From assembly GCA_964368835.1 (NCBI GenBank), contig CAYJCZ010000005.1, positions 43,695 to 107,694 of the forward strand: a stretch of DNA of 64,000 bases. Reading direction: 5' to 3'. Shown one piece after another: positions 8,960 through 17,033 of this stretch. Every line of letters starts with the position of its first letter. Within the stretch, counting starts at the first letter, position 1. Source of the DNA: an uncultured Candidatus Saccharibacteria bacterium. GTDB taxonomy: Bacteria > Patescibacteriota > Minisyncoccia > Phycocordibacterales > UBA6065. The notes below the pieces were generated by a model. It was given only the letters and a program-made list of their open reading frames with translations. It did no database searches and was not told the DNA's origin. The position numbers and the translations under genes are program-made.

Positions 8960-9337
8960 TTACTTGATATAGTCAAGAAATTTTTGCCACCAGCTCTTTT
9001 CGTCCCGTTTGAGCGGTTTTTCATCCGAGCTGTCCCCTACAAGCACTACCAATGTCTCGCCCTCTTTAATGACACCAAACCTGTCTCTTAGTTCCCTCTC
9101 TTTACCCTCATCAGTGTTGAGAGATTCAATTGAAAGGGCAAGCATTTTCTGACGATCTTCGAGTGCTACAAGGTCAGTTTGAGCTTTTTCGGTAATTGCC
9201 CGGCTACGTTCGTACTTTACATATATTCCCCAAACAGCTCGTGCTACAAGCAAAGCAAGAATGATTAATATCACAAGCACATATCGTGAATGAAAAAGCT
9301 TTCGTATGCGACGCTGTTCTTGGAATTCAAGTAACAT
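8960..9337 (-). CDS. Septum formation initiator family protein (FtsB/DivIC-like)
   Basis: An N-terminal TM helix, a coiled coil, and 'ELRDRFGVIKEGETLVV' (the FtsB/DivIC 'gyvkpgE' motif). Confidence 0.6.
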   Translation of the reverse strand: MLLEFQEQRRIRKLFHSRYVLVILIILALLVARAVWGIYVKYERSRAITEKAQTDLVALEDRQKMLALSIESLNTDEGKERELRDRFGVIKEGETLVVLVGDSSDEKPLKRDEKSWWQKFLDYIK

Positions 9338-9525
9338 AGAGATGATTGAAAATGGTGGCGAAACGCGCTACCATGTCCAGTACATTATAGTACTGTAATC
9401 AATTTCCACCATGTTTCTTAATCCAAAGCACAGAAAAGTCCTTAATATCGTCTGGAGCGTCGTAGCAATACTCATTGCTTTGTCTATGATTCTCGCATTC
9501 TTGCCGTCATTGTACTAAGCGGAGC

Positions 9526-11328
9526 CTACTCTCCCATTCGCATCATTTTGACGAAGACTTCCTGAGGGATATTAATATCTCCCTGTCCTCTTTCGAGCAT
9601 TCGTTTCTTTCCTTCCTTTTGGATATTCCAAAGTTTTTTCTTTCGGCTGATGTCTCCACCGGATAGATGCGCTGTAACGGTTTTCTTAAGAGCCGCAAGA
9701 GTTCGCGAAGCAAGAATTCTTCCACCTGCCTTTCCTTGAATTTTTGTGACGAAAAGCTGTTTTGGTAGTATTCGCTCGAGCTTTTCTACAGCGGCTTCAG
9801 CTTCTTCATATGCTTTTGACGTTGCCACGATTCGAGTAAACGCAGGAACAATTTCCTCACCGATCAAAATATCGAGTCTCTGTACGTCTGCTACTTTCAT
9901 AACTGTTGGCGTATATGAAATAGATGCGTAACCTGAAGAAACAGACTTCACTCCGTCAAAAAAGTTTCGCATAAGCTCGCGCAAAGGCATGTTGACTGTG
10001 ATTGATGTTCTGCCAACACCCCACGTATCCATGTGATCAGCTGTTCCCTCGTGCTCGAATATAATCTGCGTCAAAGGTCCAATATAATCGTTTGGGGTAA
10101 TTATTTTAAGCTCTACCCATGGCTCTTCTATCTTTACTATTTCCCCTTCATCTGGGAAAAGTGGCGGTGAATAAATAATATCTTTCTTTCCATTTTTGAA
10201 AGTTACCTCGTAGGTAATCGAAGGAGTCGTAACAACTAGATTGAGATTAAATTCACGGCGAAGACGCTCTGTGATGATTTCAAGGTGAAGCATTCCCAAA
10301 AAGCCGCAACGGAATCCTCGCCCGAGCGTACCTGATGATTCTTCTTCGTATGTAAATGCAGAGTCAGAAAGTGAGAGTCGACCAAGAGCCTGACGCAAAA
10401 GCGTAAGGTCATCCTGACTCTCCGGATAAATAGATGCCCAGACGACAGGAAACGGCTTCATGTATCCCGGGAGTGGAGAAAGTGTTGATCGCACAGCCGT
10501 GATTGTATCTCCCACAGATGCAATACCTGGTTCTTTGACGCCCGTTACGATATAGCCGATTTCTCCAGCAGACAAAGTATCCTTTGGAGTTTCGTCCGGT
10601 GCAAAAATACCAACTTCGTTAGCAATGAATGTCTCTTCTGCAATACGGAAAAGAACGGTGTCGCCTTTTTTAATTGAACCGTCCATAACTCGAGTGTAGA
10701 CAGTAACACCACGATGATTTGAGTATTGAAAATCGAACACGAGCGACCTGAAGTCTTTATCAAGTAATTCTGATTTAGGCGCTGGCACACGCTTTACAAG
10801 TTCCATAAGAAGTTCTGGTACACCTTCACCAGTTTTGCCGGACACACCAAGGATGGTATCGAGCGGCACACTAAGAAGCTGTGAGATTTCAAGCTTTACT
10901 TCATCTGTACGGGCCAAGGGTGAATCAATTTTTGAAACCACAGGAATTATCACAAGCCCCGACTCACGTGCCATGTTAAGCGTTGTGAGGGTCTGTGCCT
11001 GCACACCCTGTGTCGCATCAACAAGTAGAATCGAACCTTCAACGGCTTTTAGAGCGCGAGAAACTTCGTATGAAAAGTCGATATGCCCTGGGGTGTCGAT
11101 AAGATTCATTACGTACTCAGTACCGGCAAGGCTATATTTCATGCGCACCGGCTGCATTTTGATCGTAATACCGCGCTCGCGCTCAAGTTCCATAGAATCA
11201 AGCACCTGCTCCTGCATTTTGCGCTTTTCGATAGTGCCTGTGAGCTCAAGCAAACGATCAGCAAGAGTGGATTTGCCGTGATCTATGTGGGCGATTATTG
11301 AGAAATTTCGTATTCGAGAGATATCCAT
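9526..11328 (-). CDS. lepA: Elongation factor 4 (LepA)
   Basis: 'NFSIIAHIDHGKSTLADRLL' G1 motif, GTPase domains and the LepA-specific C-terminal domain. The start was chosen at the 'MDISRIRNF' Met. Confidence 0.9.
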   Translation of the reverse strand: MDISRIRNFSIIAHIDHGKSTLADRLLELTGTIEKRKMQEQVLDSMELERERGITIKMQPVRMKYSLAGTEYVMNLIDTPGHIDFSYEVSRALKAVEGSILLVDATQGVQAQTLTTLNMARESGLVIIPVVSKIDSPLARTDEVKLEISQLLSVPLDTILGVSGKTGEGVPELLMELVKRVPAPKSELLDKDFRSLVFDFQYSNHRGVTVYTRVMDGSIKKGDTVLFRIAEETFIANEVGIFAPDETPKDTLSAGEIGYIVTGVKEPGIASVGDTITAVRSTLSPLPGYMKPFPVVWASIYPESQDDLTLLRQALGRLSLSDSAFTYEEESSGTLGRGFRCGFLGMLHLEIITERLRREFNLNLVVTTPSITYEVTFKNGKKDIIYSPPLFPDEGEIVKIEEPWVELKIITPNDYIGPLTQIIFEHEGTADHMDTWGVGRTSITVNMPLRELMRNFFDGVKSVSSGYASISYTPTVMKVADVQRLDILIGEEIVPAFTRIVATSKAYEEAEAAVEKLERILPKQLFVTKIQGKAGGRILASRTLAALKKTVTAHLSGGDISRKKKLWNIQKEGKKRMLERGQGDINIPQEVFVKMMRMGE

Positions 11329-11381
11329 ATGCCCGACCAAAATACCACAATTCCTGTTTTTTGGCTAATTTAGGCCCTATT

Positions 11382-13067
11382 TTAAGGATGCGTTGCCGGA
11401 CTTTCCAAAGACGACCTGTCTACCTTCCATACCTTTTCATGAAGCGCCTGATTTATATCCTCCAGCTCCCTATTTTTAAGCAATTTAAGTACGATGATGG
11501 TCACTATGATTCCGGCAATGCCCGCACATAATCCTTGCATGAAAATACCGAATGTCGTGTTCACATCAAAGATATTATTAAAGAATCTTAGAGACTGATA
11601 CGCCGCAAAACCACCAATAATTGATGAGCTCGTCACCTGGAATATTGTCCGGAGGATTGGTTGAGTAAAATTGGTAAACTCTTTTGCAAATGATCTCCAG
11701 TGAAGGTAGAGGTTAAGAAATGTTCCAAGCGTGAAGGCAAGAGGAAGCATGAGTACACTTGAATCGGGCGAGCTCATTGTCTTCATAAGTGCCGCTGTGA
11801 AGTTGGCAAACAACGGAATCGTACGGAACATTTTTATAAGGACGAAACCAAGTACGATTGTCGCAACCATTGAAATAACATTTATAAGCAGAGGCTTTGC
11901 AGTCTTGCCCTCGGCATAGAAGGATCGAACAAACAGAAGTATAAGCGACTGCCCTGCTGCTGAAACCACAAAGAGAGCGAGCGCAGCTGCAGTAAGCCTT
12001 GTGTCTGACCATGAGAATTCACCGGAACCTAGCGCAGTGCGAACTATTTGCGCACGAAGAACTATAAACAGAACTGATAATGGAACCGACCAAAATATCA
12101 CGTGCTTTGCTGCTGCGATCATGCGCTCAAGAAACGCCTCCCTCTTTCCCTCAGCAATAAGCTTTGCAAGAAGCGGAAATGCTGCCGAGGAATAACTTAC
12201 ACCAATAATCGCAAGCGGTACCGATTGTAGGTTAAACGAAAGGTTGAATATCGATATCGATCCCGCACCCAAGAATGAGGCGAACGAAACTAATCCAAGT
12301 GTCGAAAGCTGCTGCGAAGACAGTGTGATTGTTCGTGGCACAGAAAGTCTTGCCACCCTCTTTATCTTCTGCCAATCAAACCTCGTACCAACTTTCGGGA
12401 AAAGACCATCTCGAATTACAATCGGAATCTGTGTGAGACACAAAAGCAATGCACCCAAGATGACTCCGAGCGCAAGCCCTGCCACCCCAAAGTGTGGAAG
12501 AAGAAAGATAATACCGAGAATGATGCCCACATTGTAAAGCGGTGCTGACAAAGCATAGACCAAGAATCGATTCTGAATTTGTGTGATCGATGCAAAGAAG
12601 CTTGCAAAGCCAAGTAGAATTGGAGAAACAAGCATAATCCTAGACGCCGTCACTAATTGTGCACCGAGCCCTGCCTCAAATAGCCTTGGGAAAAGGATTT
12701 TCTGAAGTGGCTCCATGAATACCGCTGCGAGCGCACAAACGACAAAGATCAAAATCGAAAACGCGGAGAAAAGGCTTGTGATCGATGATTTAAGCTCATC
12801 TTCTCCTTTCGTCTTTGATTCGATCAGAAATGGAACAAGAATTGATGTCGATACGAGCGATGCAACAATGACGAATATGAAGTCGGGAATTCTGAATGCT
12901 GCGTAGTAAATATCAAGCGTTGTTCCCGCACCAAGTATGTGCGCGAGCAAGCGGTCACGAACAAGTGCAAAGATAAGTGATGCTATCGAAGATAAGGCAA
13001 GCAGATAAGCGGCCTCGTGAAGGCCGCTTATCTCTTTTCCTACAAATGACAGTATCTTTTTTACCAA
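11382..13067 (-). CDS. murJ: Lipid II flippase MurJ (MviN)
   Basis: N-terminus 'LLALSSIASLIFALVRDRLLAHILGAGTTLDIYYAAFRIPDFIF' and a 14-TM MOP-superfamily fold. Confidence 0.85.
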   Translation of the reverse strand: MVKKILSFVGKEISGLHEAAYLLALSSIASLIFALVRDRLLAHILGAGTTLDIYYAAFRIPDFIFVIVASLVSTSILVPFLIESKTKGEDELKSSITSLFSAFSILIFVVCALAAVFMEPLQKILFPRLFEAGLGAQLVTASRIMLVSPILLGFASFFASITQIQNRFLVYALSAPLYNVGIILGIIFLLPHFGVAGLALGVILGALLLCLTQIPIVIRDGLFPKVGTRFDWQKIKRVARLSVPRTITLSSQQLSTLGLVSFASFLGAGSISIFNLSFNLQSVPLAIIGVSYSSAAFPLLAKLIAEGKREAFLERMIAAAKHVIFWSVPLSVLFIVLRAQIVRTALGSGEFSWSDTRLTAAALALFVVSAAGQSLILLFVRSFYAEGKTAKPLLINVISMVATIVLGFVLIKMFRTIPLFANFTAALMKTMSSPDSSVLMLPLAFTLGTFLNLYLHWRSFAKEFTNFTQPILRTIFQVTSSSIIGGFAAYQSLRFFNNIFDVNTTFGIFMQGLCAGIAGIIVTIIVLKLLKNRELEDINQALHEKVWKVDRSSLESPATHP

Positions 13068-13084
13068 GGTAGCTTTAGCCTACT

Positions 13085-15499
13085 CTAGATATCCTCTCGT
13101 GTCGTCGACTCCTGGATTGGGAGATTTGGATTCTTTACTGGGTTTGTTGGAGTTGTGAATGGTCCCTTTCCAGCTTCGAGATTCTTAATGATTGCCATAA
13201 CTTCTGCGTTTCCAGGGTTTGTCTCAAGAATTCCCTTAAACTGCGCGATTGCCTTTGCTTCCTCGCCTACCTGGTAGTAGCTGAGTCCCAAGAAGTACTT
13301 TGCATTAGCATACTGACCATTGAGAGTTACAGCTCTTTCAAATGCCAAAGCTGAGTTAACATAGTTTCGCTGGTTGTAATAGAGAAGACCGAGCTGGAAG
13401 AAGATACCAGGATCATTTGGAGACAATGTTGCGACAGCTTTTACTGACTCAATCGCATTCATCACATCATTCTCAGCAATCTGGATTTGAGCAAGAAGGA
13501 AGATTGCATCAGCATAGTCATTCTTCTTTTCAAGCGATTTTGTGATATATGCCTTTGCTGCCTTTGCATCTATATTTGCAACCTCAAGACGAGCAAGCAA
13601 GAGATAGATCTCTGGGCTTTCAGGATTCACCGCAAGAGCAGCTTCGTATGCCTTCTTTGCGCTTTCATATGATCCTTCGATCTTTAGAGGAACAACAGCT
13701 TCGAATACACGACCAAGTGAAAGGTAATTTCGGTAATTTGTGCTATCAAGCGCCACCGCTGCCTGTGAAGCCTTGATTGCTGCGCCGATAAGATCCTGGA
13801 ATTTAGTCTGAGCTTCTGACTGAGAAATTGTTTTGTCCTGAAGAAGTGTATTTACTCGAGAAAGGTAAATTTCTGAGAGTGACTGGTAGTGACTATCAAC
13901 TGGAGAAAGTGAAACTGCTCGCAATATATCCCTCTCGCCTTTTTCTAGATCACCTGACTGATTAATCGTGATGAGGCCCTTCTGGAAGTACGTTGTTGCA
14001 AGCGTCTTTATAGTGACAAAATACGCAAACGAAACAGCGCCAATGATAGCAATGATGATGAGGAGTACTGAGATAAAGCTTGCTGCAGGCCTATGAGCAA
14101 TTGAATAAGACTTTGTGACAAGTACATTTTCTTCTCGAGCTGCGGCAACAAAGAGTCCTGATAGCGCGAGTGTAAGAACCCAGATAGCTGCAGATGGAAC
14201 GTAGATGATCGCAAATATCCAGAGATACACGCTTCCGAAAAGTGATGAGAGCACAAGATATCGTGAGAATGGAGTTGCGGTAGGTTTAAGAAGCGCCTTT
14301 ACTGCAAGCATTCCAAAAAGCACGATAAAGAGAACTACTGCGAGAAATCCAAGAAGACCTGTTGTCGTTATGAAGCTTGGAATAAATCCAATACCGTAGT
14401 TGAAATCAGTGTTCCAGAAAAGCGTATTGTTGATTCCATCTGGCTTATGCATGAGCCAATCAGATGAGAATCGGTTTGGACCTACACCGAAGATTGGATT
14501 CTCAGAAAGAGAGTCCTTTGCAATATCAAGAGTTGCACTCCATGAAGGTCGAACTTCAAGCTGAGATGTGCCTAGTCCGTCTGCGATAACTGATGAAATC
14601 TTTGAACCAGCAAAGATAAAGACGATTGAGAGAATGAGGACTGTGAGTGCGTGATGAGGAATTCGAGCTCCGATTGATCCTGGCTCTTTGTCAAAAGAGA
14701 ATTTGTAGACAAAGAATACGAGTGAAAGTATCGCAAGAGCAATCCATACTGGAGCGAAGTTAATCACTGCAATCATCACAAGTGAGAGTGCGAAACATGC
14801 GTATACAAGTCCCTTTATGAACTTGCTGAGTGTTGCCTTCTCGAGCGTCACAAACGATACGATAGCACCAAGACCAAAGAAGATACCGAGGTCATTCCAC
14901 TTTCCAATGATATTCGATGTCGCTGTCGTAAATATTCCAAAAGAAAGAGTATCAGCTCCGAACATGAATCGGATTATGTGAAAGAGCGCGATCACAAAAA
15001 ACGATACGAGTAGAGTGCTGTATGAATAAAAGATTTGTTCTTTTGTTCGTACGATAAGCGGAATGAGAGCAAAGAGCACGAGTGTTGGCAAGAAAAATGC
15101 GAGTGTCCCCATCTCAAAGCCCATGCCTGAGAACGATACAGAATGATTACCCGACATAAGCGCTGCAAACGTGTACGCAAGAGCAAGAACTCCTGAAGAC
15201 GCGTAGAAGAGTGACTTAGGAACTTCAAATACACCGTCCTTAAGTCGTGCTACTGCCCAAACAAGAAACGCTGCGACCACACCGTAAAGAATGAAGGTTG
15301 CCCGACCTGTCTGGAAAGGAACTGAGACCGAAGGGATAAAGAAAATCGGAGTAAAGAAGAGAACAATCTGAAGAATTATAAAGGCAATTCTGTCGAGACC
15401 AAAAGACCTCTCTGATGCTGCGTGTGCGCTCAAAAATGACATCGTATCGTTATTAAGGAAATAATACTTTGTATTATATAAAATACGCAGCTCAATCAC
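13085..15499 (-). CDS. O-antigen ligase-like (Wzy_C) polytopic membrane protein with C-terminal TPR repeats
   Basis: An N-terminal half with about 12 TM helices, then a C-terminal run of TPR-like repeats ('...AYEAALAVNPESPEIYLLLA...', 'AKYFLGLSYYQVGEEAKAIAQFKGILETNPGN'). It is a paralog of 32317..34659. Confidence 0.6.
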   Translation of the reverse strand: MIELRILYNTKYYFLNNDTMSFLSAHAASERSFGLDRIAFIILQIVLFFTPIFFIPSVSVPFQTGRATFILYGVVAAFLVWAVARLKDGVFEVPKSLFYASSGVLALAYTFAALMSGNHSVSFSGMGFEMGTLAFFLPTLVLFALIPLIVRTKEQIFYSYSTLLVSFFVIALFHIIRFMFGADTLSFGIFTTATSNIIGKWNDLGIFFGLGAIVSFVTLEKATLSKFIKGLVYACFALSLVMIAVINFAPVWIALAILSLVFFVYKFSFDKEPGSIGARIPHHALTVLILSIVFIFAGSKISSVIADGLGTSQLEVRPSWSATLDIAKDSLSENPIFGVGPNRFSSDWLMHKPDGINNTLFWNTDFNYGIGFIPSFITTTGLLGFLAVVLFIVLFGMLAVKALLKPTATPFSRYLVLSSLFGSVYLWIFAIIYVPSAAIWVLTLALSGLFVAAAREENVLVTKSYSIAHRPAASFISVLLIIIAIIGAVSFAYFVTIKTLATTYFQKGLITINQSGDLEKGERDILRAVSLSPVDSHYQSLSEIYLSRVNTLLQDKTISQSEAQTKFQDLIGAAIKASQAAVALDSTNYRNYLSLGRVFEAVVPLKIEGSYESAKKAYEAALAVNPESPEIYLLLARLEVANIDAKAAKAYITKSLEKKNDYADAIFLLAQIQIAENDVMNAIESVKAVATLSPNDPGIFFQLGLLYYNQRNYVNSALAFERAVTLNGQYANAKYFLGLSYYQVGEEAKAIAQFKGILETNPGNAEVMAIIKNLEAGKGPFTTPTNPVKNPNLPIQESTTREDI

Positions 15500-15547
15500 A
15501 ACAAAGAACCAGCTGGCTTTTTCTCAGAAAGAGTGTATAAAGTATGG

Positions 15548-15863
15548 GCCTGTATCAGACGGCCGCTCTCGCCAAAAGCGAGGGAGGAAAGTCCGAACAC
15601 ATCCGGGCGAAAGTCCGGAGCACAGTAGCGGGTAACCCCCGTCCAGGGCAACCTGAGAGGTGCGAACAGAAACGGCTCTCAACGAAAGAAGAGAGATGTC
15701 CCTTGGGACAGTCCTCATGGCAACATGAGGGTGCAACGGCAAAATCCTTACTTATGTGCAAGGCCGTGCCGACCGCAAGGTCGGAGTGCCGCTCGAGGTC
15801 TTTGGTAACAAGGATCCCAGATAAATGGCCGTCCACGACAAAATTCGGCTTATCGATACAGAC
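15548..15863 (+). ncRNA. rnpB: RNase P RNA (rnpB), reduced bacterial type
   Basis: Conserved blocks 'GAGGAAAGTCCG', 'GGGTAACCCCCGTCCAGGGCAACC', 'GTGCGAACAGAAACGGCTCT' and the 3' block 'GTCCACGACAAAATTCGGCTTATCG' (E. coli M1 RNA has GTCCACGACAGAACCCGGCTTATCG). P1 pairs tgtatc with gataca. The region is GC-rich and lacks an ORF. Confidence 0.8.
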
Positions 15864-15869
15864 AAAATG

Positions 15870-15900
15870 AAAAAGTCCGCCCTAAAGGCGGACTTTTTCT
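15870..15900. terminator. Bidirectional intrinsic terminator (rnpB on +, nrdB on -)
   Basis: Hairpin gtccgcc-ctaaa-ggcggac followed by TTTTTCT; the mirrored T-run serves the minus strand. Confidence 0.65.
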
Positions 15901-15905
15901 ATACT

Positions 15906-16889
15906 CTATTTCTTATGACTGCCGCTGTCGACTTCGTAGTTTGTATTCTGAGCTTCAAAGAAGTTCACAAGCTCAAACACGTCCGTAGCTGTCGACATCC
16001 ATTTTGCAGGGTTGGTTGCATTGTAATACTTTGGCAAACCAAGCTCCTCCAATCGCCTGTCAGTAACATACATTACATACTGATTCACATAGTCAGCATT
16101 GAGTCCAAGGATACCATTTGGGAATAGATCTTTGTTGTAATTTACCTCAAGATTAACTCCTTCAATAATGATATCTCTGATCTCTGTTGCGAAATCTTCA
16201 GTAAGAAGAACGGCATTCTCTTCAAGAATGTTATGAATGAGGTTCATACCGAATTTCAAGTGTAGTGATTCGTCTCGAATAACCCAGTTGATCATCGATC
16301 CGAAGTTTCGAAGCTGGTTTCTCTGGCGGAACGAGAGTGCCACCATAAATCCTGAGTAAAACCAGATTCCTTCCATCACAATGTTTGTTGCAACAAGGTT
16401 TCGAATGAAATCTTTCTTTCCATCAGCAGTCTCGATGTCGAGTTTGCTATCCATCATTCTTTTCATGTACTTGTTGATGTACGCCTCTTTTGCCTGCATT
16501 GATGGCACACCAAGGTGGAGACTGAATATTTTTTCTCGATCAAAAGGGAACGTCTCAAGCACGTATTCGAAGGCTACGCAGTGATTCGCCTCTTCCCACA
16601 TTTGCTTTGCGAGATACAGATGACATTCAGGAGACTTCAAGTATGGGTAAATTCCCAAAGCGATAGATCGGTTCACGATAAGTTCCGCTGGATTGAAAAA
16701 CGCCATGAGGAATTTCACCGCATGCCTCTCGTCTTCGGTCATTTTTGCCCAATCCTCAAGGTCTTCCTTAAGGGCGATTTCGTGTGGGAACCACGTATTT
16801 CGAACGGCCTGATTGTAGAGATCATACGCCCACTTGTAATTAAGTGGGTGCAGATTTACATCTTCCGGAGAAGCTTTTCCGATAAGCAT
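15906..16889 (-). CDS. nrdB: Ribonucleotide reductase class I beta subunit
   Basis: Ferritin-like R2 motifs ('EEANHCVAFEYV', 'RDESLHLKFG') and a C-terminal tail ending in 'F' that interacts with NrdA. Confidence 0.9.
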   Translation of the reverse strand: MLIGKASPEDVNLHPLNYKWAYDLYNQAVRNTWFPHEIALKEDLEDWAKMTEDERHAVKFLMAFFNPAELIVNRSIALGIYPYLKSPECHLYLAKQMWEEANHCVAFEYVLETFPFDREKIFSLHLGVPSMQAKEAYINKYMKRMMDSKLDIETADGKKDFIRNLVATNIVMEGIWFYSGFMVALSFRQRNQLRNFGSMINWVIRDESLHLKFGMNLIHNILEENAVLLTEDFATEIRDIIIEGVNLEVNYNKDLFPNGILGLNADYVNQYVMYVTDRRLEELGLPKYYNATNPAKWMSTATDVFELVNFFEAQNTNYEVDSGSHKK

Positions 16890-17033
16890 GATTTTTCTAT
16901 AAAACTAACTAATAAGTAAACTGTCGGTAAAAATCCCCCTGCGCGTGAAAGATATGACGCATGAGCAAAAAGTCTGGTGACTTACGCGAGGTATTGTATA
17001 AGTTCCCCGCTTTAAAATGTAAAAGAATGAGAC

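Noticed and set aside
8911-9024. N-terminal 38-aa extension of the glutaredoxin ORF, overlapping the ftsB-like gene
   Set aside because: The internal Met 'MKKVEIY' at 8910 gives a canonical Grx-sized protein of 79 aa, and the extension is a low-complexity overlap.
15524-15870. Three mutually overlapping ORFs of 72-108 aa on both strands
   Set aside because: The region is RNase P RNA. The ORFs are GC-driven artefacts with Arg/Pro-rich nonsense translations.
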